Virus record (IMG/VR): IMGVR_UViG_3300030381_000056
DNA length: 57,117 bases
DNA from: a virus
Reading direction: 5' to 3' (one strand)
The notes under the pieces were generated by a model. It searched no databases, was not told the DNA's origin, and saw only the letters and a list, made by a program, of their open reading frames with translations. The position numbers and the translations under genes are program-made. Shown here piece by piece: positions 41,265 through 50,612 of the stretch; the stretch's first letter is position 1; every line of letters begins with the position of its first letter.

Positions 41265-41583
41265 CCTTTCTGTACTTTTCCAGTTCTGTAATCATTTCTT
41301 TTCTTCCGATGTCTCCGCTCCCATGCCACTCTACCGCATGGAAAACACCGTTAAGATTCTCACTCAAAACCTCAATTCTGATACTTGCTGACTGGATGTA
41401 CTCAATCAACCGCTGTGTATCTCGTGCTATGTCCTCGTAACCATACGCCTGTAAGTGCTGAACCATGCTTTCAAGTTCGGAGATACCTGACGGCTCCATC
41501 AACTCCGGCACATCTTTGTAGCACAAATAACCAAAACTTCCACCACTCAAAACGGACACTCCTTTCCATTCCTCAAAATCCAT
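41248..41583 (-). CDS. Hypothetical protein (111 aa)
   Basis: Co-oriented, overlapping junctions. Confidence 0.5.
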   Translation of the reverse strand: MDFEEWKGVSVLSGGSFGYLCYKDVPELMEPSGISELESMVQHLQAYGYEDIARDTQRLIEYIQSASIRIEVLSENLNGVFHAVEWHGSGDIGRKEMITELEKYRKGGANG

Positions 41584-42275
41584 TCTTTACCGCCCTGTGC
41601 AACGTCCACATAAGCCATAGGAGCAATCTTTTTGACCTCTGCGACACATTCACTGGGTTCTGCATTATCACGGCTTAAATGGCACAATATGACGTTTTGC
41701 AAGCTATCTGTTTTGTTAGCCATCACAAAATCTTTCACAGTTCCAAGTTCCATGTGACCACGAAAAACGTGATTCCTTTTCGCAACATTTTCATCATCAA
41801 TGTACTTCTTCTGATAGTTACATGAGATTAAAATGTGGTTTACATCTGCAAATCTCCACTTGCAAAATTCCGTGTCGGTAATGTACAGAAGTTTTCCCAT
41901 TTCCGGGTGGGTTATCAGAAATCCATAACAAGGACATTCCGTACCGTCTGCGTTCGTGTGCGTCCATTTGCCGTCCAGTGTTGTCAGGTCAAATCCCTGT
42001 ATTCTCCACTCACATTTTCCGATTGCAATAGGTTCAAGACTTTCATACGGTTTGAACACAGGTATTCCCATGACTTCCAAATCCACTACCGATTGAGAAT
42101 GATCCTTGTGGCTGTGGGTGCATATCGCACCCACAACACACTTAATATTCCAGTTAAGACCACGTTTTATGTCCATGATAGGAAGTCCTGCATCCAGTAA
42201 AAGTGTTTCACCGTTATCTGCTGCCAGTGCATAACAGTTACCGGAAGAACCGGAGCCTAAACATTTTAGCTTCAT
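41547..42275 (-). CDS. Metallo-beta-lactamase-fold protein
   Basis: LLLDAG...CTHSHKDH motif. Confidence 0.7.
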   Translation of the reverse strand: MKLKCLGSGSSGNCYALAADNGETLLLDAGLPIMDIKRGLNWNIKCVVGAICTHSHKDHSQSVVDLEVMGIPVFKPYESLEPIAIGKCEWRIQGFDLTTLDGKWTHTNADGTECPCYGFLITHPEMGKLLYITDTEFCKWRFADVNHILISCNYQKKYIDDENVAKRNHVFRGHMELGTVKDFVMANKTDSLQNVILCHLSRDNAEPSECVAEVKKIAPMAYVDVAQGGKEWILRNGKECPF

Positions 42276-42547
42276 GTTTCTACCTCAATTTCGTCATCGT
42301 TCGGAAACTGAAAACAGCCATATATATTAACAGAAGCTCCAACGTATTTTTTGTAATGTTCTCCAAGCATTTCCATAGCTTTCTTTGCCTTTTCTTCTGT
42401 GGAATATTTAGCAATAACCATATCACTACAAAGTTGTTCTACACCTGTGAGGTTCTTATTCAGAATGTAAATTTCACACCTAAATCTCTGAATAATCACC
42501 TGTTCATAAGGAATGTCTAATGTTCCATCCTGCGATATAATTCTCAT
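42272..42547 (-). CDS. Hypothetical protein (91 aa)
   Basis: Co-oriented ORF. Confidence 0.5.
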   Translation of the reverse strand: MRIISQDGTLDIPYEQVIIQRFRCEIYILNKNLTGVEQLCSDMVIAKYSTEEKAKKAMEMLGEHYKKYVGASVNIYGCFQFPNDDEIEVET

Positions 42548-42556
42548 GGTGTCCTC

Positions 42557-43309
42557 CTACTTAAAGCAATCCGGTGTCTCTGCGTTAGCAATGGTCTGTT
42601 CCGTGCTGTCCGTGGTGACTTCCTCAAAAGTTGCATCGGGAAAATCAACAGAATTTGCGTTTGCCTGAATTTCCTCTGCAGCAACTTTTTCTACATCAAG
42701 TTTCACATCGGAAACATCAGGAAATTCTTCCTGTGCATACAGGCCTTGGAATTTATCAGGAAAAGCTTCTCTTAATGCCTGTACAACTGCAACTTTTCTT
42801 ATCATTGTTGCAGGCTTTTTAGACCATTGACCGTTGATTGTTCCATCTTTTTTTCTTCCAACATATTCATCGAAAGATACTGACTGGTACTCCGGTGTCT
42901 CTCTTCCTTTGATAAACACTTTAGCCCAACCTCCTACAATAGATTCGTCCTTAAGGACAAAAGATCCTTCTCTTTCTTCAACGGAACCATCTTTCTTCTG
43001 AACAATAATTCCTGCTTTTTTTCCTGCATAATTCGGATTTGCATCGGCTCTTTTTGTAAAAACATCTTTTCCGGTAACAATCGTAGCAGGATCATTGTTT
43101 CCAAACTTAATGAGGTATGCTTCTTTCAAAAAAGGATTAAGATGCTGATATCTGCAAAGAGACAAAAACATCATTACTTCCTGATCCGATACGTTTCCAC
43201 CACCGCTTACAAGGTACTTTCTTACCGTTGTTGGGGAAATTTTTACAATTTCCCCATTTGATTCGTATTCCACAATTCCTGTGTTTTCCTGTTTCTTTTC
43301 GTCTGCCAT
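42557..43309 (-). CDS. recT: RecT/Bet-family single-strand annealing recombinase
   Basis: ..KISPTTVRKYLVSGGGNVSDQEVMMFLSLCRYQHLNPFLKEAYLIKFG.. matches the RecT family pattern. Confidence 0.8.
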   Translation of the reverse strand: MADEKKQENTGIVEYESNGEIVKISPTTVRKYLVSGGGNVSDQEVMMFLSLCRYQHLNPFLKEAYLIKFGNNDPATIVTGKDVFTKRADANPNYAGKKAGIIVQKKDGSVEEREGSFVLKDESIVGGWAKVFIKGRETPEYQSVSFDEYVGRKKDGTINGQWSKKPATMIRKVAVVQALREAFPDKFQGLYAQEEFPDVSDVKLDVEKVAAEEIQANANSVDFPDATFEEVTTDSTEQTIANAETPDCFK

Positions 43310-43317
43310 GCTGCTAC

Positions 43318-44178
43318 CTACCTTTCTACTTTCTTAAGTCCTTTAATGTTAATGATGAATACCTGGCTTGTCTTGGGATTCTGAATCAGCGCAAGGTGAG
43401 TATTATGCGCCCTGTCATGCTTCGCAATGTTCAAAACATTTGCAACCATCCCGTCTTCAACCGAAACTCCATTAACATAATTTTGCCTATAACTTCCAAG
43501 TCCACTCCATGCATAGTATGTTGAATAGCAATGACCACTATGTGTTACCTCTACCATGTCACCGACATGAATTTTGCTGTCATCCTCTTTCTGCGCTTTC
43601 TCTTCCGGTTTGTAGTTTTCAAGGACAACGTACTCTATGTGCCATAATAAGCACTCGACATCAGTTTTTTTGCAAAAGCATCCTGCATTGCTAGTACAAA
43701 TTACCTTGAGAATATCTCCATTTTTATAAGTATCAAAAAGAGAATGCTCATCAACAACCTTGATATACTCACCGACTTTAGCTTTTCTTTTCACCTCACG
43801 GACACCATCATCAGGCTTTACATCTTCGCCCATCAGCCGATTAAAAGCCAACTTAGCACCTACATGAAAATCAAATTCATCAACCGGATTGCACTTGGCT
43901 TCTGCTTTCTTGCCAGTGGATTTGTCCAGTGCAACTACTTTGTTGTCATTGCGGTAGATTACTATGGTTTCACTTCCGACTTTTTCCAAATTATCAGAAA
44001 ATATAGAACCAATTTCAAACATTTTCCTACCACTAGTTTCTCTTTCGACATCTTTGTAAGAAACAAAGTCACCATTGATTTCTGTGATTTCAATTACCGC
44101 AGCATTGTCTAAAATCATTCTGCTTTTGTATCTTTCTCCAACTTTAAATTTACGTTTTTCCATATCCTTATTTCTCAC
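43318..44178 (-). CDS. Hypothetical protein (286 aa)
   Basis: Co-oriented ORF; no confident motif. Confidence 0.5.
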   Translation of the reverse strand: MRNKDMEKRKFKVGERYKSRMILDNAAVIEITEINGDFVSYKDVERETSGRKMFEIGSIFSDNLEKVGSETIVIYRNDNKVVALDKSTGKKAEAKCNPVDEFDFHVGAKLAFNRLMGEDVKPDDGVREVKRKAKVGEYIKVVDEHSLFDTYKNGDILKVICTSNAGCFCKKTDVECLLWHIEYVVLENYKPEEKAQKEDDSKIHVGDMVEVTHSGHCYSTYYAWSGLGSYRQNYVNGVSVEDGMVANVLNIAKHDRAHNTHLALIQNPKTSQVFIINIKGLKKVER

Positions 44179-44449
44179 TTTCCGGCTCGTTCATAAACTT
44201 GCCAAATTCATCATTTTTCACTTTTACATCAGCCTTGCAAATTTCCATAATGCTCTTAGGCATCACGTTCCATGTGACATCAGTACCGGAAATCTTTCCC
44301 TTGAATTTCAAGGCTCCACGATCTGTCAGACCCATGTAAACTCCCGTGTAGCACTTGCCCTCTGCATTAAAAACCACGGTGTCACCGGCATTGATTGTTT
44401 CACCGTTCGTTGTCAGAACGGAAATGACTGTTTCTTTCTTAATCTGCAT
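44168..44449 (-). CDS. Hypothetical protein (93 aa)
   Basis: Co-oriented ORF. Confidence 0.5.
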   Translation of the reverse strand: MQIKKETVISVLTTNGETINAGDTVVFNAEGKCYTGVYMGLTDRGALKFKGKISGTDVTWNVMPKSIMEICKADVKVKNDEFGKFMNEPESEK

Positions 44450-44644
44450 TTACTTTTCCACCCTTATCCTTTCCTCAAATAAGAATCTTCCTACCCTTGC
44501 GTTAAAAGAAAAGAAAACTGCTTCTATACCTGTAACTTCCCTAGCCATACTTGCAAACGGTTCAGTTTTCATGGCATCTGCAACGGCTTTTGTAAAATCT
44601 GTGCCAGATATAGGCACTTTCTTGTTCAAATCATAATCAGGCAT
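44450..44644 (-). CDS. Hypothetical protein (64 aa)
   Basis: Co-oriented ORF abutting its neighbours. Confidence 0.45.
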   Translation of the reverse strand: MPDYDLNKKVPISGTDFTKAVADAMKTEPFASMAREVTGIEAVFFSFNARVGRFLFEERIRVEK

Positions 44645-46588
44645 CTACATTTCCCTCACTTTCAACTCTTTGTCATCACTTCTGCGGAACATAATTAACT
44701 GGCTGTCAACATCAGGAATCTTCCAAGGGTCAAGGCTCTCGGTATCGTCTGTCATAATCGGCAACTCCACACCGCACTTCTTCTGAAACGCTCTGCAAAT
44801 ATCGATTTCTGTCAGAATCTTCGCACCGTGGTTCATGTTCCGGCTGTAAGGCTCTCCCTTGTAGATAAAGTCGCAACATTCCTCGGTATCACCGTTCACA
44901 AGCGGTCTGAACATCCGCACAGTACAGAAAGAAAGATACTTGTTCACATCAGCTTCCAACAGTTCGTTCTTCTTCCGGCTGAATTTCTTTAACAGGTCAA
45001 GTTGTGCCTGCACATCCGTAATCTTCTGTGCAATATCTCTTCTCTCCTGTTCCAGTTCTGCGATCCGCTTATCAATGCTCTCGTTAATGCTCACGCTAGC
45101 CAGTTTCTTGTTTACCTGTTCAATATCTGCCCTAATTTCTTCCTCTGCGCATTTCAGTTCAATTCTCATGCTCTGCATATCCGCATAGCGGTTCATGGCA
45201 GCTTCTTTCTCAGCAATCTGTGACTGGATAGCTTTGTATTCTTCTGTGTTGGAAATATCCACGCTTGCCGGAATGGAATTTAAGGAATTATCAGCAATAG
45301 CAATCTCTTTTTCCAACCGCTCCACTTCATCCTCGGTCTTTTTCAGTTCCTTGCGCTTATGCTCCAGTTCTGCCTGATCCGCTTTGATATGGTCAGCACA
45401 GGAAGAACCCTCTTTGGTAATCAGTTCCAATTCATGTGCCTTATGCGTATCAAACTCCGTTCTTAACTGCTCTTTCTTCTCTTCCGGATATTCCTGTCCG
45501 CAGTAGGAGCAAACCAGAGAGTTTTCATCAAATTTAAGGCTTTTATTCAAATCCCAACTCTTCTTCAAATCCTGTCTCTTCTGCTCATACTGTGCGATAC
45601 GCTTTTCCAGTTCCGTGATCTCTTCACGAATGGTATCTGCCTTAAGTAACTCTTTCTGGTGTTCATTCTGAATCTGATTCAGTGTTGTGCGTTTCTCTCG
45701 CCTATCAGCATCCAGTTTTTCATTTGCTTTCTGCTGTAATGTGCTCAACTGACCTTTTAACTCAATGATTCCATCTGAAAGCTTGTCGTACTTTTTCATA
45801 CTCTTCTGATTGTCGTTCTGCTGCTCAATGTTGTCATTAAGCTTTTCCAACAGTGCATTCTTCTGTAATTCCAGTTCCGCAAGGTCAATATCTTCTCTAC
45901 GCTTGCTAACCTCGTCAATTCTTGTTGGTATATCATCCAGCTGATCCTGTAACCCCTTAGAGCCATTTCTGCCCCTTGTGCCGTAAAGCTGTGTGTTGCA
46001 ACGTTTTTTCAATTCATCAACCGTGCCGTCATGCAGTACAGATTTCAGAGGTGAAAACTCCGGATACATGTCGCAAATATCATCATTACTGTGCTGACCA
46101 AACATATCAGCAAGAATTGCTCTCTGATCCGTGCCACCTTTCAGCAGAAGTGTCATGGCATTGATGCAAAGTGAAAACTTATCTTTTCCGCATACACTCT
46201 CTTCCAAAAATGCTTCAAAATCTGCTGCCTTTTTTGGAATATCATTCACATAGTAATCCGTGACGTTGCCGGTAAACTCGCCTTTCTTATTGAAGTTCTG
46301 ACGGCATACTTTTTTCAGAACCTTGTCTGTACCGTCAATCTCCACGGTAACTTCTGCGGTAATATCTCCGTCAATGTCATTGCCACCCTTATCGTGCGGT
46401 CTGATTCCGGTGATCTCTCTGCCGTTCTCGTCACGGCATCCAAAAATATACTGAATTGCTCTTTTGATTGTGGACTTTCCAGTTTCATTCACTCCGGAAA
46501 TCTCTGTCCGGTCGTAAATGTCTGCGTCCAGTGTGTTAGAACCATAGAATTTACAGAAATTCTGCAAAAAGATGTGCTTAATCCTCAT
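44645..46588 (-). CDS. SMC/Rad50/SbcC-like AAA ATPase with long coiled coil
   Basis: MRIKHIFLQNFCKFYG...SGVNETGKSTIKRAIQYIFG (Walker A), about 350-aa coiled coil with central CSYCGQ hook-like motif, C-terminal ...IMTDDTESLD. GGAGG RBS at ATG 46588. Confidence 0.7.
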   Translation of the reverse strand: MRIKHIFLQNFCKFYGSNTLDADIYDRTEISGVNETGKSTIKRAIQYIFGCRDENGREITGIRPHDKGGNDIDGDITAEVTVEIDGTDKVLKKVCRQNFNKKGEFTGNVTDYYVNDIPKKAADFEAFLEESVCGKDKFSLCINAMTLLLKGGTDQRAILADMFGQHSNDDICDMYPEFSPLKSVLHDGTVDELKKRCNTQLYGTRGRNGSKGLQDQLDDIPTRIDEVSKRREDIDLAELELQKNALLEKLNDNIEQQNDNQKSMKKYDKLSDGIIELKGQLSTLQQKANEKLDADRREKRTTLNQIQNEHQKELLKADTIREEITELEKRIAQYEQKRQDLKKSWDLNKSLKFDENSLVCSYCGQEYPEEKKEQLRTEFDTHKAHELELITKEGSSCADHIKADQAELEHKRKELKKTEDEVERLEKEIAIADNSLNSIPASVDISNTEEYKAIQSQIAEKEAAMNRYADMQSMRIELKCAEEEIRADIEQVNKKLASVSINESIDKRIAELEQERRDIAQKITDVQAQLDLLKKFSRKKNELLEADVNKYLSFCTVRMFRPLVNGDTEECCDFIYKGEPYSRNMNHGAKILTEIDICRAFQKKCGVELPIMTDDTESLDPWKIPDVDSQLIMFRRSDDKELKVREM

Positions 46589-46898
46589 TTTTCCTATCCT
46601 CCCAAAGATATAAATACAGTGAATTAACAAACATATAGATTGAGACCGGCTTGTCTGTCTCGTTGATTTTCTTGTACAACTCTGTGGTTGTGTTTATCTT
46701 GTCAACAACCCACTTGATTGCCCGATACACGCTTTCCTTGGTTGTGCTGTGTTCCTCTCCGATAATCCGGTAGATTTCAGAAAGTCTTCTGTTTCGGTTC
46801 TCAAACATCAGCGTTTCAACCTCGATGATGTACTGAAATCCCGGCAAGTACTGTTTCAGCCCCAATTCTACCAAGATTTTTCTGATTTTCCTTTCCAT
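46578..46898 (-). CDS. Spo0A C-terminal-domain-like DNA-binding protein
   Basis: ILVELGL...GFQYIIE......EIYRIIGEEHSTTKESVYRAIKWVV follows the Spo0A_C pattern (ITK.LY..IA....TT...VERAIRHAI). Confidence 0.55.
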   Translation of the reverse strand: MERKIRKILVELGLKQYLPGFQYIIEVETLMFENRNRRLSEIYRIIGEEHSTTKESVYRAIKWVVDKINTTTELYKKINETDKPVSIYMFVNSLYLYLWEDRKNED

Positions 46899-46996
46899 TT
46901 CCTCATTCCTCCGGCTTTCAGTCTTCTGTTACGTGGATCATGTTGTCCTCTCCGATATACAAGATTCCTACATCTAACAATCCTGTAATCAGAATC

Positions 46997-47191
46997 TCAT
47001 TCGCACGGACGATGGGGATAATTTCTTTCTTCAACATGGAAATACTCCTTTCTTATCCATTTTTTCATTCCTGTCTCACGGTTCACCAGTCGGTAGTAAA
47101 ATGATGTTTCACGGTCGATTTCCCACTCTTTAGGATTGAAAAAGAATCTTCCGATTACTCCTTTGACTGTAAACCGCCTTTTGGCACTCAT
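46997..47191 (-). CDS. Hypothetical basic protein (64 aa)
   Basis: ATGA coupling with the upstream stop; start trimmed to MSAKRRF. Confidence 0.45.
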   Translation of the reverse strand: MSAKRRFTVKGVIGRFFFNPKEWEIDRETSFYYRLVNRETGMKKWIRKEYFHVEERNYPHRPCE

Positions 47192-47595
47192 TCTCCTTCC
47201 TCCGCAAGTTTGGCATACTTCCAACCTGCAGCATCATCGTATCCGTCAACAGAATAAGATGTACAACCTCTGTTCCATGCAAAAACAATATTGCTTTCGT
47301 ATCTTGCGAAATGTCTTCTTTTCCACCGTACATCTTCTGAACCTCTCACCAAAATTTTTGTATCAACAGGCACTTTAGACCAGTCAACAGCAGGCTCTAC
47401 ATATTCCTGCTTTGACCATTCTTTAATTCTCTTTTCGCAAGAACGCTTATCATCAGTTTCAGTTTCCGCAAATATGCAGTTATTGCATCCAATATCAGTG
47501 CATCTACATATGTTTCCTTTTTTGTCTACTGCAACCGAACCGCCAGCCAGTGCAATATCAAGAATCTGTTCCGCATACTTCTCTCTGTTCGTCAT
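47188..47595 (-). CDS. Hypothetical Cys-containing protein (135 aa)
   Basis: Co-oriented ORF. Confidence 0.5.
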   Translation of the reverse strand: MTNREKYAEQILDIALAGGSVAVDKKGNICRCTDIGCNNCIFAETETDDKRSCEKRIKEWSKQEYVEPAVDWSKVPVDTKILVRGSEDVRWKRRHFARYESNIVFAWNRGCTSYSVDGYDDAAGWKYAKLAEEGE

Positions 47596-48065
47596 TTTCC
47601 ATTCATCCTTTCCAGTTCTGCGCTCCTGGTTAATATCCAGTCTGCGTAATCACTTAATTCTGTTTTAGTTGTTGCATTTTTCTCACCGTGGTAAACCATG
47701 AGCACAATTCCTACATCACAATACTTTTCAAACAATTCCGACAAGTAGTCGGCTCCCACATGGATATTGCCGTCCACGGAGTAGATGTCTGTTACTCCCA
47801 AGCGCTCCATTCGGTCTTTGTGCCAGCGGTCTGAAATCTGCATCAGACCTTTGCAACCGCCACTTTCCACATCCGGTCTGCCGGACGATTCTTTCTCAAT
47901 CATTGCCATGAGCAGTTCCGGGCAGATGCCGTATTCCTCACCGTACTTTACACACGATTCCTGCGCTTCCTCGGAGATAAAACTGCCGGCTGGCTGTGCC
48001 GTGGAAGTAAATGTGATGGAGAGTGCTATTATAATAGGAAGAAACAGCTTTATTGTTGTTCTCAT
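47592..48065 (-). CDS. Secreted lytic transglycosylase (SLT domain) with signal peptide
   Basis: MRTTIKLFLPIIIALSITFTSTAQP signal; MIEKESSGRP...GLMQIS catalytic region. Confidence 0.7.
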   Translation of the reverse strand: MRTTIKLFLPIIIALSITFTSTAQPAGSFISEEAQESCVKYGEEYGICPELLMAMIEKESSGRPDVESGGCKGLMQISDRWHKDRMERLGVTDIYSVDGNIHVGADYLSELFEKYCDVGIVLMVYHGEKNATTKTELSDYADWILTRSAELERMNGK

Positions 48066-48073
48066 ATCACTGC

Positions 48074-48529
48074 TTACCTTTCTGTTAAAATTCTTCCATC
48101 TTGGAAGACATACAGACTTTTTACTTTGAAAAATTCTGATTCTTCTAATTCCAAATTATTGCAGTATACATAGCGCACTCCGGTTTTTTCATCGTTTTCT
48201 CCAAAAACATCATCTGTGTAATACAAAACCATTGAAGAAAATTCTTTTATGTCATTTTCCGTAACGGGTCTGAGAAGAAGCTTTGATTCTTCCTCTTCAT
48301 TTGCATGGTCAATGATTGCAATGTGTTGTCCATCTAAACAATCATCCCTTAAGTAAACAGCAACATTTCGTTCATTGCTTTCAAACCATACAACGACTTC
48401 TTCATCGTCAGCGTTGGAATTTACATCCGAAACAGTAAGCCCTACCAAATCCCTTAAATCACTGCCGTGCAGGACTTTGTTGCCATATTTAAGTCCTCTA
48501 TCGTAATTTGCTTTTCTTACGTTATTCAC
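48074..48529 (-). CDS. Hypothetical acidic protein (151 aa)
   Basis: Co-oriented ORF. Confidence 0.5.
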   Translation of the reverse strand: MNNVRKANYDRGLKYGNKVLHGSDLRDLVGLTVSDVNSNADDEEVVVWFESNERNVAVYLRDDCLDGQHIAIIDHANEEEESKLLLRPVTENDIKEFSSMVLYYTDDVFGENDEKTGVRYVYCNNLELEESEFFKVKSLYVFQDGRILTER

Positions 48530-48547
48530 TTAAATGTCTCCTTTCAT

Positions 48548-49270
48548 CTAAACACTTCTCTGTGTTTCTATTTTTCTTCTAATTGCATCAATACCTTTTT
48601 GATAAACAAGTGTTTTTATAGATATATGTTCCTCCCCATTCTTGGTGTATTTCTGCTCTATTACACGGAACCATCCGCAATCAACATATTTTTGATACGG
48701 CACATTCCATTTATTTAACATTCCTGCTTCACGCAGAAATGCAAATAAATTATTTCTTCCAAAGTCCTTAAATCCGAGAATTTTTGCCACTTTATCCATC
48801 GGAATTGCGGTTTTGCTATCTGCCACTGCGTCAAAGAAATCTGCTTTTGGTCGCATATCTTCAATTTGCTTCTCTTTTTGTGCAATAATGTTCTGTGCTA
48901 CAATAAGTGCGTTCGCTACAATCTGCTCTGGTGTCAAATTCTCCTGATTTGCTATGTACCCACCATTCTTGCGTATAGACGGCAAAACATCTGATGTTAC
49001 CCAGTGTTTGAACCTCTTTGCTGAATCAAGTTTGCTTCCGATAATTGCAGAATATAAACCGCTTTCATTTATTAAAGAAGACTTCATATTCATACCATCC
49101 AAAATGGATGATTTGGAATCTTCCTCGTCTATGCGCTTCATCATATTACTCGTCTGCGCATACCCAAGTTTGTCGGCAACATCTTTTGCTACAAACCAAG
49201 GCTCGCCATCAATAGTTTTTATTCTGATTGTCCCAAATTCATCTGAATTAAATACCTGTAATTCTTCCAT
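48548..49270 (-). CDS. Antirepressor (BRO-N domain plus KilAC/ANT C-terminal domain)
   Basis: LQVFNSDEFGTIRIKTIDGEPWFVAKDVADKLGY (Bro-N); C-terminal half is phage antirepressor-like. Confidence 0.75.
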   Translation of the reverse strand: MEELQVFNSDEFGTIRIKTIDGEPWFVAKDVADKLGYAQTSNMMKRIDEEDSKSSILDGMNMKSSLINESGLYSAIIGSKLDSAKRFKHWVTSDVLPSIRKNGGYIANQENLTPEQIVANALIVAQNIIAQKEKQIEDMRPKADFFDAVADSKTAIPMDKVAKILGFKDFGRNNLFAFLREAGMLNKWNVPYQKYVDCGWFRVIEQKYTKNGEEHISIKTLVYQKGIDAIRRKIETQRSV

Positions 49271-49281
49271 GTTTCTCCTTT

Positions 49282-49458
49282 CTATTCAGTTTTAACTCTT
49301 CTTGAATCTTCAAATGCCACAAGGTCATCCTCTGTGATCCTGTATTCTCTTCCTAACTTGATTGCCCCAAGTTTTTTTTGACGAATCCATTCCCAAACAG
49401 TAATGACTTTTACCTTGTATCTCTCTGCTACCTCTTCACAAGTAAACATTTGTGCCAA
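49282..49458 (-). CDS. Excisionase-family (HTH_17/MerR-like) small DNA-binding protein; Cro/Apl-like first gene of the leftward operon
   Basis: (MAQ)MFTCEEVAERYKVKVITVWEWIRQKKLGAIKLGREYRITEDDLVAFE; AAGGAG RBS favours TTG 49458 (the ATG is at 49449). Confidence 0.6.
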   Translation of the reverse strand: MAQMFTCEEVAERYKVKVITVWEWIRQKKLGAIKLGREYRITEDDLVAFEDSRRVKTE

Positions 49459-49485
49459 AATATCACTCCTTTCCGTAAATAATAC

Positions 49486-49514
49486 TTGTATATACCTCGG
49501 TTTAGTGATATAAT
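49486..49514 (+). promoter_or_regulatory. Rightward promoter (extended -10) for the XRE gene
   Basis: TTGTAT - 17 nt - (TGa)TATAAT. The spacer contains the operator-like ACCTCGGTTTAG. Confidence 0.55.
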
Positions 49515-49600
49515 CTCCTTTGTCGAACGAGTTACATCTTTTTAACGAAGTATTTTTCTAGAAACTATTTTTATATTTCGTTTTGCCGAGGTATGTACAT

Positions 49601-49629
49601 AGTATATCTCGCTAAACCGAAGTTGTCAA
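49601..49629 (-). promoter_or_regulatory. Leftward promoter for the HTH_17/antirepressor/early operon
   Basis: Minus strand TTGACA - 17 nt - TATACT. The spacer contains ACTTCGGTTTAG. It faces the rightward promoter about 115 bp away. Confidence 0.55.
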
Positions 49630-49673
49630 TAGTCTATTTCGTTATGCCGAAATATTTTTTAAGAGGTGATATT

Positions 49674-50393
49674 ATGTACAAAACTTTCGAAAAATTGTGT
49701 GAATTAAAAGGAATTACACCATATAGGTTTGGTAAAGATACTGGTGTTAACTCTTCTACTTTAAGCACATGGAAAAAGAAAAATTCTATGGCAGATCCGA
49801 AGACCTCTCAAAAAGTCTGTGAATACTTTGGAGTATCTATGGACTTCTTAATGGGAAAAACTGATAAAATTGTTTGTGAAGAATGTGGAACAGAATACAA
49901 TCCATTTGATGACTTTGATTGTGCTATTCACGAAAATGTTCATAAAACTATAGAAGCAGCAGAAAAATTAAATATAGACTTGGTTCCATATAAGGATATT
50001 ATAAAAAAACGAGTAGACTATAAAATTAAATTAGAAGATGGAACATTTGACTTCGAAAATGATTTGACTGATTATTTGGAAGTGCGATATTCTGATTATA
50101 TTTATAACAATGTTGGTAGCACTAATCTCATTGACAGAATGGGTTATTATAAGAAATGCCTTGTTGAGATTATCAACAAGGGATTTGTGCCGGAAAATAA
50201 TATAAACACTTTTGTAGAATCATTTGGATTAAATAGAGATTACATAGACATGAACGGAGCTTTTATAGCCAGAATAAGCAAAAATTATGATGTGATGAAA
50301 CTTGCTAAAATTGCCGAAAAGCTTCCACCAGAAATGCTCAATATGCTTTTGTTTCAAGCGGAAGCTTTTTACGATAAATATACCAAGGGGTGA
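49674..50393 (+). CDS. XRE-family HTH regulator with Zn-binding-like C-terminal extension (candidate lysogeny repressor)
   Basis: MYKTFEKLCELKGITPYRFGKDTGVNSSTLSTWKKKNS...VCEYFGVSMDFLMG; AAGAGG RBS. Confidence 0.65.
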   Translation: MYKTFEKLCELKGITPYRFGKDTGVNSSTLSTWKKKNSMADPKTSQKVCEYFGVSMDFLMGKTDKIVCEECGTEYNPFDDFDCAIHENVHKTIEAAEKLNIDLVPYKDIIKKRVDYKIKLEDGTFDFENDLTDYLEVRYSDYIYNNVGSTNLIDRMGYYKKCLVEIINKGFVPENNINTFVESFGLNRDYIDMNGAFIARISKNYDVMKLAKIAEKLPPEMLNMLLFQAEAFYDKYTKG

Positions 50394-50519
50394 TTATTCA
50401 CCTCTTGTTTTTTCTTTTACAAATTCATAGAACCACTGCAAAATATAGTTTTCATTTATGCTTCCAAACATATTTGACAACTCTTTTCTGTATTCTTCAT
50501 TTGTCATTTCTTTTTCCAT
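50394..50519 (-). CDS. Small acidic protein (41 aa) behind an SOS-box promoter
   Basis: MEKEMTNEEYRKELSNMFGSINENYILQWFYEFVKEKTRGE; GAGAGGGG RBS-like; below the ORF-track cutoff. Confidence 0.4.
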   Translation of the reverse strand: MEKEMTNEEYRKELSNMFGSINENYILQWFYEFVKEKTRGE

Positions 50520-50578
50520 CGTAACCACACCCCTCTCCCCTTTAATTCTCCGCAGAATCTAAAGTAGCGATACATCAC

Positions 50579-50607
50579 ATTATAGAACATACGTTCTAAA
50601 CAATCAA
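50579..50607 (-). promoter_or_regulatory. Leftward sigma-A promoter with a LexA (Cheo-box-like) site in its spacer
   Basis: Minus strand TTGATT - 17 nt - TATAAT. The spacer contains AGAACGTATGTTCT (GAAC-N4-GTTC, 50585..50596). Confidence 0.6.
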
Positions 50608-50612
50608 TATAT

